A stretch of DNA of 64,000 nucleotides from an uncultured Candidatus Saccharibacteria bacterium (GCA_964649715.1 CAZYTH010000005.1:1765-65764); one strand, 5' to 3'; positions 34,499 to 44,849 are shown, counted from the first letter of the stretch. Made by a program: numbers and translations. The notes: generated by a model from the sequence alone, not told the origin.

Positions 34499-35671
34499 TT
34501 ACACAATTCGCACAAACTTCTTTTTGCCAACTTTAACGATTATCGGTAATTTTTCAATCTTCATATTAAAGTCTGTGATTTTTTGGCCGTCTATTGAGAT
34601 TGCCCCCTCCCCCACAAGCCTTCTAAAGTCTGATTTTGAAGAAACAAGGCTCTTCAGAAGCAACATTTCCGACAAAAGGTCCCCCATCTCACCTTTTATC
34701 TCATCCATCTCGTCGGGAGTCTCTTTCTTTTGAAAAGTTTTCACGAATTCTTTTTCCGCCCTTTTTGCTTTTTTGTCACCATAATAAACTTTTACTATTT
34801 CATATGCCAACCTCATTTTTATATCTCTCGGATTCTTTCCTTCATTTATTTCTTTTCTCATTATTCCTACTTCATCTAAAGAAATATCTGTGCAAAGCTC
34901 AAAACCATTCCACATCATACTGTCCTCCCAACTCATTATTTTTCCATACATCATACTCGGCTCATCCATAAGGGTTATCATATTCCCCTCTGTTTTTCCC
35001 ATTTTTTTACCTGAATTGTCCGTCAAAAGCTTCATTGTTAACACAAACTTTTCCTTGTTTTTAATTTCTTTAAGCAAATTTCTGCCAACAAGCATATTAA
35101 ATGTTTGATCGTTTCCGCCTATCTCTCCATCTACTTCCATAAAAACACTGTCATAACCCTGCATAAGAGGATAAAGAAATTCATGCAAAAATATCGGCTT
35201 TCCTTCTCTCATCCTCGTCTCAAACATATCTCTTTCAAGCATCTGACTAACCGTCATTTTTGAAGCTAAAGAAAGAACCTCCTCAAAATTCATTTTAGAA
35301 AGCCATTTTGAATTAAATTTTAATTCCGCGGGATTTTCTCCTTTAAAATTCAAGAAAACTGATGCTTGTTTTTTGTATCTTTTGCAATTTTGAAGAACCT
35401 CTCCTCTTGTGAGCTGATGTCTCACGGCAGATTTATCAGTAGGGTCTCCTATCATCGCTGTAAAATCACCAATGAGAAGAATTACCTTGTGTCCTAAATC
35501 CTGAAATTGTTTTAGTTTCTTAAGAGCAATCGCATGACCCATGTGTAAAGTAGGGCCTGTAGGGTCTATTCCCAGATAAACAGTCAATCTTTCTCTCCCA
35601 CTGAGCCTTGATTTCAAAAAATCTTCCGATGGAAAGATTGCCTCAACTCCTCTTTTTAATAAATTATCCAT
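34499..35671 (-). CDS. tyrS: Tyrosine--tRNA ligase
   Basis: GIDPT..LHMGH, GDPT, YPLMQGYD, GG.DQ.FN, KMGKT, C-terminal S4 domain. Confidence 0.97.
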   Translation of the reverse strand: MDNLLKRGVEAIFPSEDFLKSRLSGRERLTVYLGIDPTGPTLHMGHAIALKKLKQFQDLGHKVILLIGDFTAMIGDPTDKSAVRHQLTRGEVLQNCKRYKKQASVFLNFKGENPAELKFNSKWLSKMNFEEVLSLASKMTVSQMLERDMFETRMREGKPIFLHEFLYPLMQGYDSVFMEVDGEIGGNDQTFNMLVGRNLLKEIKNKEKFVLTMKLLTDNSGKKMGKTEGNMITLMDEPSMMYGKIMSWEDSMMWNGFELCTDISLDEVGIMRKEINEGKNPRDIKMRLAYEIVKVYYGDKKAKRAEKEFVKTFQKKETPDEMDEIKGEMGDLLSEMLLLKSLVSSKSDFRRLVGEGAISIDGQKITDFNMKIEKLPIIVKVGKKKFVRIV

Positions 35672-35866
35672 AATTTTATTATTTTTATATATATTTAACT
35701 ATCTAAATTTAACATAAATTAAAACCGTTCGCATTTTGTCATAATGAAATAAATGTGTTATTGTTACCCAAATCTTATTTAAGTTATCATTTAAAAACAA
35801 TCTCAAAAAGGCTGTGTATAACTTTTTAAAAATAATAAACAAAAAGTGCTAGAATATTAAGAAAAC

Positions 35867-38413
35867 ATGAACAAAAGAAAAAAATATTCAATCTATATTA
35901 AAAAACTTTTCAAAGAGCTTCTAAAAAAATCAATAATTGTTGGAGCTATTATGTTTTTTACCTTTTCAGGAGGGGTAATAATATGGATAGCTAATTTAAA
36001 AATACCTGATTTTAATGCTTTTGAGAGTAGAAAAATTTCGCAATCCACAAAAATATACGACAAAACGGGAAAAATACTCCTCTATGATATTCACCAAAAC
36101 ATAAAAAGAACCATTGTGTCGTACGAGAACATTTCAAAGGATATAAAAAATGCCACCGTGGCAATAGAAGACTCTGATTTTTATAACCATAAAGGAATAA
36201 AAATTAATGCGATTTTAAGGGCGGTTTATGTAAACCTAACATCAGGTTCCGCAAAGCAAGGCGGTTCTACAATTACTCAACAAGTTGTTAAAAATACTCT
36301 TTTAACAACCGAAAAAAGCATAACAAGAAAAATAAAAGAATGGTTCCTTGCGTTAAAACTAGAGAAAGTGATGAACAAAGAACAAATACTCTCTTTGTAT
36401 TTAAATGAATCACCTTACGGAGGAACAATATATGGAGTTGAAGAGGCAACAATGAGGTTTTTCAACAAAAAATCGAATGAAGTTACTTTGGCTGAATCTG
36501 CTTACATAGCGGCTTTGCCTCAAGCTCCTACCTATTACTCCCCCTATGGATCAAACAAAAAAGATCTAGACAAAAGAAAGGATCTTGTTTTAGACAGAAT
36601 GGCAGAACTTGGTTTTATAACAAAAAAAGAAGGAGAAGAAGCAAAAAAAGAAGAAGTAAAATTTATACCAAAAGAAGATCAAGGAACAATAAAAGCACCA
36701 CATTTCGTTGAATATGTAAGAGCTTATCTTGAAAAAAAATATGGAAAAGAAGAGCTAGAAACTGCTGGATTAAATATAGTCACAACTCTTGATTGGGAAC
36801 TTCAAAAACAAGCTGAGGAAATTTTGGTTAAATATGGAAAAGAAAATGAAGAAAAATTCAACGCAAAAAATGCAGGAATGGTGGCAATGGATCCAAAAAC
36901 AGGGCAAATTTTAGTTATGATTGGTTCAAGAGATTACTTTGATACCGAAAACGACGGAAATTTTAATGTTGCGCTCGGACACAGACAACCTGGTTCTTCT
37001 TTTAAACCTTTTGTTTATGCAACCGCCTTCAAAAAAGGCTATACACCAGAAACAGTTTTATTTGACCTTGAAACTGAATTCCAAACAACCTGTTCCCCTG
37101 AAGGAGAACCGCTTTATCCCAGTGTTAAACAAGAAGATTGCTATATGCCAAAAAACTATGACGATACTTTCAGAGGACCAATTTCTTTAAAAAACGCACT
37201 CGCACAATCAATAAATATTCCCGCAATAAAACTTTTGTACCTCGCGGGAATAAATGATTCAATAAAAACAGCAAGAGATATGGGTATAACAGGATTAACA
37301 GATGCAAGACAGTATGGACTAACACTGGTTTTGGGGGGAGGAGAAGTAACTTTACTTGATATGACTGGAGCATATTCTGTTTTTGCAAATGACGGCATTA
37401 AAAATCCAACAACACCAATATTAAAAATAACTAATTCAGCAGGAAAAGTAATAGAAGAATACACAGATAATGGAAGAAGGGTTATAGATGCAAACGTTGC
37501 AAGAAATATATCAGATATTCTTTCTGATGTAGAGGCAAAAATACCAGCATACAGTGAAAGCTCCCCTGTTATATTTAAAGACCGCCAGGTGGCCGTAAAG
37601 ACGGGTACAACGAACGATACCAGGGATGCTTGGGTCATGGGCTATACCCCAAACTTTGTTTTAGGTGTATGGGTTGGAAACAACGACAACTCACCAATGG
37701 TTAAAAAAGTAGCAGGTATGATAACAGCTCCAATGTGGAGAGCTTTTTTTGATAAAGCAACAGAAAAATTACCAGAAGAAAAATTCCAAAAAGCTGAATC
37801 TGTTGATGAAACAAAATTAAAACCTGTTTTAAAGGGTATTTGGAAAGGGGGAATAGAATACACCATAGACAAAGCATCTCAAAAAATAGCCACGGAATTC
37901 ACTCCGGAAGAATTAAAAGAAAAAAAAGTAATGACTGATGTTCATTCTATACTTTACTGGGTTAACAAAAACGATCCCTTAGGAGAAAAACCATCTGATC
38001 CAAAACAAGATCCTCAATTTACTCTCTGGGAAACACCAATAACAAGATGGGCTTCTATGCAAGGTATTTTAAATGAAACATCTTTCATTATTCCCCAAGA
38101 GGTTGACGACATGCATGGACCTGATTTTGCACCAAAAAGTTTCATTATTTCGCCCAACACAAACATTGAATACAGTATTGACCAACCCTTAAACATCTAT
38201 TTTCAAACCACTCAAGGAAAATTTCCTGTGGCACAAGCAGATTTTTTTATAAATAATACTTACATTGGATCTTCAAATAGCCAACCATTCAACCTACTGA
38301 TTCTTCCTTCAGAAATACCTAACATTAAAGAGAATAATGAACTAAAAATAACCATTTATGATAGCGTAAGGAACTCCAACGAAATCTCTCTTATCTTTAA
38401 AGTAGCTATTTAA
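35867..38413 (+). CDS. Class A penicillin-binding protein (transglycosylase/transpeptidase, PBP1A family)
   Basis: EDSDFY.H.G, GGSTITQQ, RKIKE, YLNE; S.FK, S.N and KTGT transpeptidase motifs. Confidence 0.95.
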   Translation: MNKRKKYSIYIKKLFKELLKKSIIVGAIMFFTFSGGVIIWIANLKIPDFNAFESRKISQSTKIYDKTGKILLYDIHQNIKRTIVSYENISKDIKNATVAIEDSDFYNHKGIKINAILRAVYVNLTSGSAKQGGSTITQQVVKNTLLTTEKSITRKIKEWFLALKLEKVMNKEQILSLYLNESPYGGTIYGVEEATMRFFNKKSNEVTLAESAYIAALPQAPTYYSPYGSNKKDLDKRKDLVLDRMAELGFITKKEGEEAKKEEVKFIPKEDQGTIKAPHFVEYVRAYLEKKYGKEELETAGLNIVTTLDWELQKQAEEILVKYGKENEEKFNAKNAGMVAMDPKTGQILVMIGSRDYFDTENDGNFNVALGHRQPGSSFKPFVYATAFKKGYTPETVLFDLETEFQTTCSPEGEPLYPSVKQEDCYMPKNYDDTFRGPISLKNALAQSINIPAIKLLYLAGINDSIKTARDMGITGLTDARQYGLTLVLGGGEVTLLDMTGAYSVFANDGIKNPTTPILKITNSAGKVIEEYTDNGRRVIDANVARNISDILSDVEAKIPAYSESSPVIFKDRQVAVKTGTTNDTRDAWVMGYTPNFVLGVWVGNNDNSPMVKKVAGMITAPMWRAFFDKATEKLPEEKFQKAESVDETKLKPVLKGIWKGGIEYTIDKASQKIATEFTPEELKEKKVMTDVHSILYWVNKNDPLGEKPSDPKQDPQFTLWETPITRWASMQGILNETSFIIPQEVDDMHGPDFAPKSFIISPNTNIEYSIDQPLNIYFQTTQGKFPVAQADFFINNTYIGSSNSQPFNLLILPSEIPNIKENNELKITIYDSVRNSNEISLIFKVAI

Positions 38414-38672
38414 AACGAATATCTTTTATCGTTTTGTCTTTTGAAATATTTATTATTTTATCTATTATTCTGTCTCTTTTTATAAATATTTCACTCTTAA
38501 CGACTGGGGGTGGATTTTTAAGATAAACAATCCCGTTTTTTATTGAAATATCTTTTGGTGTTATTTCAAAACCTATATATTCTTTTATAACAGAGGAGGA
38601 TGCTTCTCTTGTTGCGATATCCGGTCTACCAAATCTTTGAAATTTTTTAAGAAAAGATGATATTTGCAACAT
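38406..38672 (-). CDS. Small protein downstream of dnaN, DciA/DUF721-like
   Basis: Position after dnaN; IKNG.VYL...P.VKSEI..K...I...I.DIRF pattern. Confidence 0.55.
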   Translation of the reverse strand: MLQISSFLKKFQRFGRPDIATREASSSVIKEYIGFEITPKDISIKNGIVYLKNPPPVVKSEIFIKRDRIIDKIINISKDKTIKDIRFK

Positions 38673-38702
38673 TTTTTATAAATTAATTACCGTTTTATAT
38701 CT

Positions 38703-39803
38703 TTACTTTATCATTGGCATCAAAAGGTACATAAAAGAATCATTGCCTACTGGTTTTATTATTACAGGCCTCTGGTGTCCATTGAAAGTAATAACAACAC
38801 TATCTTCCTTAATACTACTGAGACATTCCAATATAAATTTGGCGTTGAAACTCATATCTATCTCTTCACCCTCTAAAGTAGCATCAACCCTTGTAACGCT
38901 TTCTCCTTTGTCTTGATTCTTTGAACTAACTTCAAACAGAGAATCAGATGGTATTATTTTAAAATTAACTTGGTTGAATTTATCGGAAAAAATGTTTGAT
39001 ATTTTTATAGAATCTATCAGTTCTTCTTTCAAAATAACTACTTCTGTTTTCTTTCCTTTTGGGATTATTTGTCTATAATCAGGAAAAATACCCCCGACAA
39101 CCCTTGATGTAAAATAAAGGCCTGAGGAGACAACCGACATTTGATTTTTGTTAAAAATAAGTTCTATATCCTCATTGTGGTTTTCTAAAATTCTAACCAA
39201 CTCATTTGCATTTTTTATAGGTATTATTGAAGATGAAAAACCTGTAGTATTACCTATATCTATTCTTTTTTCAGCTAACCTTGAAGAATCTGTTGATACA
39301 AAATAAAGGTAACCACCGTCAAAATAAATATAAACACTTGATATTTCAGGTTTTATGTCTGAAACCAGTGCTGAATAAGAAACCGATTTTATTCCCTCTA
39401 TTAGCTTGAAAGGACTTAATTTTAAAGATTCTTCTTTTTCTATCCTAGGAATAAGAGGAAATTCATCTGAAGGAAAACTCTTTATTAAGGTTGAATTTCT
39501 TTTTGTTGATACAGATAAATTATTGTTTAGAGATTCCATCTTAACAGTATCGTCACCATCCAACATCTGCAAAAATCCGCTCAATAAGTAAGCTGGAACA
39601 GCAACACTTCCTGGTTTTTCCACTCTTGAAGAAATATTAACCTCAAGACCAATATCAAGATTGGTTGCTTTAAGTGTAAGTGTTTTTTCTTTTGCTTCCA
39701 GAAGTATTGATTCTAGTATAGGTAAAGAGAGATTTTTACCAGAAATCTTTCCTACTTGAAAAACAGCTTCTTTTAATTTTTCTTTTGAACAATCAATTTT
39801 CAT
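38703..39803 (-). CDS. dnaN: DNA polymerase III beta sliding clamp
   Basis: LPILE, ATNLD, EFP, STDS.RLAE, FPDY, FN..F, YLLMPM. Confidence 0.97.
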   Translation of the reverse strand: MKIDCSKEKLKEAVFQVGKISGKNLSLPILESILLEAKEKTLTLKATNLDIGLEVNISSRVEKPGSVAVPAYLLSGFLQMLDGDDTVKMESLNNNLSVSTKRNSTLIKSFPSDEFPLIPRIEKEESLKLSPFKLIEGIKSVSYSALVSDIKPEISSVYIYFDGGYLYFVSTDSSRLAEKRIDIGNTTGFSSSIIPIKNANELVRILENHNEDIELIFNKNQMSVVSSGLYFTSRVVGGIFPDYRQIIPKGKKTEVVILKEELIDSIKISNIFSDKFNQVNFKIIPSDSLFEVSSKNQDKGESVTRVDATLEGEEIDMSFNAKFILECLSSIKEDSVVITFNGHQRPVIIKPVGNDSFMYLLMPMIK

Positions 39804-39859
39804 TTTTTATAGATAGTAATGTGTTTATAATTCATCAAGCACTTTCTACTAATTTATAT

Positions 39860-40110
39860 TAAATTATTTATTATATATAAAACTACTATTATTATTAGAA
39901 CTGTTGATATGTTGATAAATCGATTAAGTTATTACTGCTAAACGTTTTTTTTGAAGAACAACTGTGGAATAACAGGGCAAAAGGTTACATATAAAAAGTG
40001 GAGAAGAAAAAGATAAAATATTTGTTAAAAGTTTTAAACAACTTTTCCACTCTTTTGTCGTCAGGTAATACATACAAAATTCACATCTTTTTCCACAAAG
40101 TTATCAACAG
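39860..40110. other. Replication origin oriC (unwinding part, dnaA-dnaN intergenic)
   Basis: DnaA-box variants TTATCAACA (39910-39918 minus, 40101-40109), TTTTCCACA (40089-40097); trios TAA TAA TAA TAG TAG (39883-39897 minus) next to an AT-rich stretch. Confidence 0.8.
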
Positions 40111-40178
40111 AAAGAATACAGTTTGATAAAGAACAACGAACCCAAACGTTTACATATCCACTATTTGTTTTTGGTATT

Positions 40179-41591
40179 TTAAATAGAGGCGGATAAAGAC
40201 ATCTTATTATCTGAACCAAAAAGAAGAGTCTTTATTTGTTCTATTTCTCCCAAAAGCGTATCGTTGTTTTTTATCTCTTCTTTTATTTTTTCACATGCGT
40301 GGATAACAGTTGTATGATCTCTACCCCCCATTTTTTGTCCTATATGAGGGTAAGAATAATTCATATCCTCCCTTAAAATATACATTCCAATTTGTCTTGG
40401 TTTAACAACCTCCCTTCTTCTTGTTTTTTCGTATAAGAATTTTTCTTCGATATTGTAAAACTCAGAGATTGCTTTCATAATTTCGCTAATAGAAACGGTT
40501 TTTTGTCTTTTGACGTTGTTTTTTATGAGACCCCTTACGTCGCTTATTGTTAATTCTTTATTTTTTAATTGAGACTGACAAATAACAGTATTTAAAACAC
40601 CCTCAAGCTCTCTTATACTTTCTTGTATATTGACGGCAATAAAATCTATCAGATCGTTTGATAGCGATTTGTTCATTTGTTTTAGTTTTGTTTTTAGGAT
40701 AGCAACCCTTGATTCATATTCGGGTTTAGAGATATCAACAGTCATTCCACCCTCAAATCTTGATTTCAGTCTTTCCTCTAGATTTTGTATTAATTTTGGC
40801 GGTTTATCGGAAGAGTATATTATTTGTTTGTTGCTGTTATAGAAATCATTAAAAAGATGAAAAACTTCTTCTTGTGTTTTATCTTTTCCACCAAAAAATT
40901 GAACATCGTCTATTATTAATGCGTCGTATTTTCTGTATTTTTCCTTGAATTGGTTTATGGTGTTGTTTTGCATTGCGCTAACAAGTTCTACGGTGTACCT
41001 TTCTGATGTCATATAAAAAACGGTTTTCCCATCTTTTTTTAAGGAATTACCGACAGCTTGTATGAGATGAGTCTTACCTAGTCCTGTTCCACCATAAATA
41101 TAGAGAGGGTTGTAGTCCATTCCCGGTCTTTTTATTACTGTTTGGGCGGCAGCAAAAGCTAGTTCGTTGAAAGGTCCTATTATAAAGTTATCAAAGATGT
41201 ATTTTGGGTTCAGATTGTCTTCTCTGTTTACATAAGGTTCATTTAGCTTTAATTGAGGGACATCTTTTTTTTGAGATTCCTCGGGGGTTTCTCTTTGGTT
41301 GGTTTTTATTGTTTCGTCTTTGCTTATTATGTACTCCACCCCTCTTGTATGTGGAGAAACATCCCTCAATGCTTTTACTATAAATTTATGATATTTGTTT
41401 GATAACCAATCTTTTACAAAAGCATTTGGGACGGCGAGGAAAATGGTTCCATCTTCCTGTTTTATTATATAGGTGTTTTTAAACCAAGTACTAAAATTGG
41501 CTTTAGATACTATTGTCTCTATCTCAACAAGAGCATCATTCCAGATTTTCTTGTTCTCGTCCTCACAGACAATATTATTGGTTTCATTCAT
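40179..41591 (-). CDS. dnaA: Chromosomal replication initiator DnaA
   Basis: F.TWF, LNPKY.FDNF, YNPLYIYGGTGLGKTHL, IDDVQF, QEE.FH, RELEG, GGRDHTTV. Confidence 0.98.
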   Translation of the reverse strand: MNETNNIVCEDENKKIWNDALVEIETIVSKANFSTWFKNTYIIKQEDGTIFLAVPNAFVKDWLSNKYHKFIVKALRDVSPHTRGVEYIISKDETIKTNQRETPEESQKKDVPQLKLNEPYVNREDNLNPKYIFDNFIIGPFNELAFAAAQTVIKRPGMDYNPLYIYGGTGLGKTHLIQAVGNSLKKDGKTVFYMTSERYTVELVSAMQNNTINQFKEKYRKYDALIIDDVQFFGGKDKTQEEVFHLFNDFYNSNKQIIYSSDKPPKLIQNLEERLKSRFEGGMTVDISKPEYESRVAILKTKLKQMNKSLSNDLIDFIAVNIQESIRELEGVLNTVICQSQLKNKELTISDVRGLIKNNVKRQKTVSISEIMKAISEFYNIEEKFLYEKTRRREVVKPRQIGMYILREDMNYSYPHIGQKMGGRDHTTVIHACEKIKEEIKNNDTLLGEIEQIKTLLFGSDNKMSLSASI

Positions 41592-41639
41592 AAGGTAAAT
41601 TATATTCTTGCCCACAAAAAAAGAAACTAGACTTTTCTG

Positions 41640-41690
41640 TTAATAGCATGTGGATTATGTGTGGATAACCCTCAAGAACTGTTGATATCT
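41640..41690. promoter_or_regulatory. DnaA-box cluster upstream of dnaA
   Basis: Perfect TGTGGATAA at 41660-41668 plus near matches TGTGGATTA and TGTTGATAT. Confidence 0.7.
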
Positions 41691-41829
41691 ATCCCATTGC
41701 TTTTTTTCTGTTTTTCTGCTAACTCAGAAAAAACAGAAAAATATCATTATTTAGAGGGTCCTTAAAAAATATTTTTTTTGTTATTTTTTAACATTGATTA
41801 TTTTAAATTTTTGTTTTATACTACAACCC

Positions 41830-41964
41830 ATGTCAAAAACATACAATCCAAAGAAACTTAAGAGGAGTAAAACCCACGGTTTTTTAAAGAGAAAAAGTTC
41901 TGTTGGGGGGAAGAAGACTCTTTTGAGGAGAAGAAGAAAAGGCAGAAGTAAGATTGCGCTTTAA
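41830..41964 (+). CDS. rpmH: 50S ribosomal protein L34 (not in the ORF track)
   Basis: MSKTYNPKKLKRSKTHGFLKRKSSVGGKKTLLRRRRKGRSKIAL; divergent from dnaA. Confidence 0.96.
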   Translation: MSKTYNPKKLKRSKTHGFLKRKSSVGGKKTLLRRRRKGRSKIAL

Positions 41965-42048
41965 TTTGTCTTACCTAAGAATCAAGTGAAAATTACGAGC
42001 CAAATGGTTCGTAGTTTTGTTTTTTGATATAATTAAGCAACCAATAAT

Positions 42049-42372
42049 ATGGATTTTAAAACAAACAAAGAACTTTTTGATTATGTTTTCAAAAAAGGCG
42101 GTGGTGTCTACTCCCCTTTTTTATCCTTAAAGTTTTTTAACTCAACTGTTTCTAAGAAAAATAAATTTTTTTTTGTGGTATCTTCAAAAATTTCTAAGAA
42201 AGCGACTGTAAGAAATCTGTTTAAGAGAAGGGGTCGGAATATCATTGCTAAAAACATAAAAGGAGGTGTTTCTGGTATATTTTTTGCAAAGAAAGGTATT
42301 TCAGAGCTTACTTTTTCTCAACTTGAGAGCGAAATGATCTCTTTATTAAAAAGAGCGAAAGTGTTAGGATAA
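42049..42372 (+). CDS. rnpA: Ribonuclease P protein component
   Basis: F..VFKKG, FVVSSKISKKATVRNLFKRR; synteny rpmH-rnpA-yidC. Confidence 0.9.
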   Translation: MDFKTNKELFDYVFKKGGGVYSPFLSLKFFNSTVSKKNKFFFVVSSKISKKATVRNLFKRRGRNIIAKNIKGGVSGIFFAKKGISELTFSQLESEMISLLKRAKVLG

Positions 42373-42410
42373 GCAAATCGTTATTTTTTTTATTAAAATA
42401 ATACTTTTAA

Positions 42411-43130
42411 ATGCTTGATTTTATATTTAATATCTTTTATTACCCTCTTTATAATGGACTCATATTTCTTACCGCTATTGTTCCTGGAAATGACATTGGT
42501 ATTGCTATTATATTTTTAACGATATTCACGAAGGTTGCTATACTCCCTCTTTCTCATAGTTCCATAAAAACGCAGAAAAAAATGAAAGAAATAGAGCCTC
42601 ATATAAAAAAGATAAAAGAAGAACACAAAGATGACCAAGAAAAGCAAGCTTTAAAAATAATGAATCTATACAAAGAACATGGAGTGAATCCTTTCTCAAG
42701 TATTTTGATGCTTTTTATACAGCTCCCGATGTTCATTGCTCTTTATTATACCTTTAGCCATGACATAGACATCGCATCTCCCGTAATTTTTTCTTTTAAT
42801 CTTGTTCCACCAGCGATAAACACACTTTTTCTTGGTTTTTTAGAATTATCTAAAAGCAATCTCCTTCTAGCTTTGTTTGTTGGTATTACTCAGTTTATTC
42901 AAACACAACTTTCTGTTCCTAAAATACCAAAAAGCCAAGAAAAAAACCCATCTTTTGCTGATGATTTTGCAAAAAGTATGAATTGGCAGGTTAAATACTT
43001 TCTTCCCTTTTTTATAACTTATATTGCTAGTAAACTAAACGCAGGTGTTTCCTTGTTTTGGATAACGAGTAATCTTTTTGGAATAGCGCACGAGCTGTTT
43101 GTGAAGAAAAAAGCGGAAGATCTAAAATAA
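42411..43130 (+). CDS. yidC: Membrane protein insertase YidC/Oxa1 (short form)
   Basis: GIAII.LT, LPL, M..I.P, LYKEHGVNP, QLP.FIALY, LFWI.SN. Confidence 0.95.
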   Translation: MLDFIFNIFYYPLYNGLIFLTAIVPGNDIGIAIIFLTIFTKVAILPLSHSSIKTQKKMKEIEPHIKKIKEEHKDDQEKQALKIMNLYKEHGVNPFSSILMLFIQLPMFIALYYTFSHDIDIASPVIFSFNLVPPAINTLFLGFLELSKSNLLLALFVGITQFIQTQLSVPKIPKSQEKNPSFADDFAKSMNWQVKYFLPFFITYIASKLNAGVSLFWITSNLFGIAHELFVKKKAEDLK

Positions 43131-43540
43131 ATTAGAAATTGCCAATTACGAATTACGAATGAAGGAAAATATTATTCAAAAGAAGAGTTACGATTTTGCA
43201 TTAAAAATAGTCGGTATATATCAAAATTTAGTAAAAAACAACAAAGAATTTGTTCTTTCGAAGCAATTACTGAGAAGCGGAACCTCAATCGGTGCTAATA
43301 TTGAAGAGGCAATCGGAGCTCAATCTAGAAAAGATTTTTATTCAAAGCTCAGTATAGCCTATAAAGAAGCAAGGGAAACCAAATATTGGGTAAGAATACT
43401 TTGTGATAGCGACATGTTGTCTACCAATGAGGCTGGTTTGTTGTTGAATGATCTCGAAGAGATACTAAAAATCATAGGAAAAATTCAAAAAACCGTTAAA
43501 GATGGTTTTAATTCGTAATTCGTAATTGGTAATTTCTAAT
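43131..43540. mobile_element. Cassette bounded by 30-bp heptamer-built inverted repeats
   Basis: Left ATTAGAAATTGCCAATTACGAATTACGAAT (43131-43160) vs reverse complement of 43511-43540: 29/30 identical. Confidence 0.6.
43159..43518 (+). CDS. Four-helix-bundle protein (23S rRNA IVS protein family)
   Basis: KSYDFAL, LSKQLLRSGTSIGANIEEA...QS.KDF..KL.IA.KEA.ET.YW. Confidence 0.92.
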   Translation: MKENIIQKKSYDFALKIVGIYQNLVKNNKEFVLSKQLLRSGTSIGANIEEAIGAQSRKDFYSKLSIAYKEARETKYWVRILCDSDMLSTNEAGLLLNDLEEILKIIGKIQKTVKDGFNS

Positions 43541-44830
43541 TTATTTCAGCTTCACGACCCAAGCAGTGCCGTCTTTTTTGTTTATGAATGCAAAAAAGTC
43601 TTCGTTTTCGCTTAAAATTGGTTCTATAATATCTATCTCTACTCCCCCTAGCTTCTCTTTGTCTATAATTATCCTAGCGGTAGCACTGCTGGTGTCTATT
43701 TGCCAAATTGTATCTGAGAAAGATGAGATTCCCTGATACCATGATTCGGGATATTTTGAACCTAATACTACATTAGGAACTCCACAATAAATTATATTTT
43801 CATCACCTTTACTAAAGACGCATTTTTCAGGAAGAGTTTTTAAAGGGAAAGAATTGGTTGCACCATCCACTTGATTAAAAAAGTATGTCATAAAACCTGT
43901 CCCTACGGTTTCGGAATAGATAACGTTATTATTTTTTGGGCTTATTTTTGTAGTAAGGCCAGAAATATCCCCGATAACCTTTTGGAAATTATTTGTTCCG
44001 TTCACAGATAAAGAATAAAGTTGCCCTAAGGCAGAAGAAGAAGGTTTTGTCGCCAAGGAAATTATTTTGTCTGATTCCCAAGACACACTCCACTCTTTAA
44101 GAGGAGAACTCCATATTTGAGTTTTCGGACTAGAAAGTGGGTCTGAATTAAATTCTCCTATAGTACCAACCACAGAGCCTCCATTGTTTATTAAGTAAAA
44201 TACTTTGTCTTTGTCTGGAGAAACAGCGAAACCAAGTGTATTTGAAGGAAGAATGGTTCCGTTTAGTTTGCCTACACCTGACTCAACAGTTACCTCTGTT
44301 TCAGAAGATGGTTCTATTGTGCCATATATCGTTTGAAGGATGTTGTTTATTCCCTCAAGTCTTCTTAATATTAAATTCTGGCCGTTTTTCCCCCACGAAG
44401 TATCTACTATCCCCGTGATAGTTGTGTTTGTTATTTTTGTTGGAATATTTTCACTAAAAGACATATCTTTTATGTGTCCTGTTCCTTTCTCTATAAAACG
44501 AAGCGAAGGCTCTCCTTCGTTTTTGTTCACAAAAGTTATTCCTGCCACAGAGACACTTGTCATTTTTTTAATACTGCCAGGAATTCTTGTTTCATAGTCG
44601 TCTATTGTTTGATCGTTCTGATTTATAAAATCTGAACTTTCATTTTTTGTTGTATTTCCGTTTATTTTTCCGCTACTTGGAAAATAGTTCGTGTCTTCAT
44701 TTGTCGGCGGTTGAGGTTCTCCTGAAGAAGGAAATTGTTCCCCTCTTTGAAGATACCAAACAGTCCCTCCTACAGAGGCAACTATTAAAAGAGAAATTAT
44801 TACCACAAAGATAGTTGTCCTTTTGTTCAT
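43541..44830 (-). CDS. Membrane-anchored extracytoplasmic protein, probable beta-propeller
   Basis: N-terminal TM from MNKRTT; SP.K/W.. blade-like repeats, TLPEKCV, YCGVP. Confidence 0.75.
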   Translation of the reverse strand: MNKRTTIFVVIISLLIVASVGGTVWYLQRGEQFPSSGEPQPPTNEDTNYFPSSGKINGNTTKNESSDFINQNDQTIDDYETRIPGSIKKMTSVSVAGITFVNKNEGEPSLRFIEKGTGHIKDMSFSENIPTKITNTTITGIVDTSWGKNGQNLILRRLEGINNILQTIYGTIEPSSETEVTVESGVGKLNGTILPSNTLGFAVSPDKDKVFYLINNGGSVVGTIGEFNSDPLSSPKTQIWSSPLKEWSVSWESDKIISLATKPSSSALGQLYSLSVNGTNNFQKVIGDISGLTTKISPKNNNVIYSETVGTGFMTYFFNQVDGATNSFPLKTLPEKCVFSKGDENIIYCGVPNVVLGSKYPESWYQGISSFSDTIWQIDTSSATARIIIDKEKLGGVEIDIIEPILSENEDFFAFINKKDGTAWVVKLK

Positions 44831-44849
44831 CTTTTTAAATTTTAATTTA

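Noticed and set aside
41965-42048. LPKNQ-encoding stretch upstream of rnpA as a detached RnpA N-terminus
   Set aside because: No start codon, only a few residues of similarity, and the region is explained by a terminator-like hairpin plus a TATAAT box
43159-43518. Four-helix-bundle gene as the Avd of the putative DGR
   Set aside because: Motifs match the 23S-IVS type (QLLRSGTSIGAN), it lies 14 kb from the target and has no adjacent RT or TR
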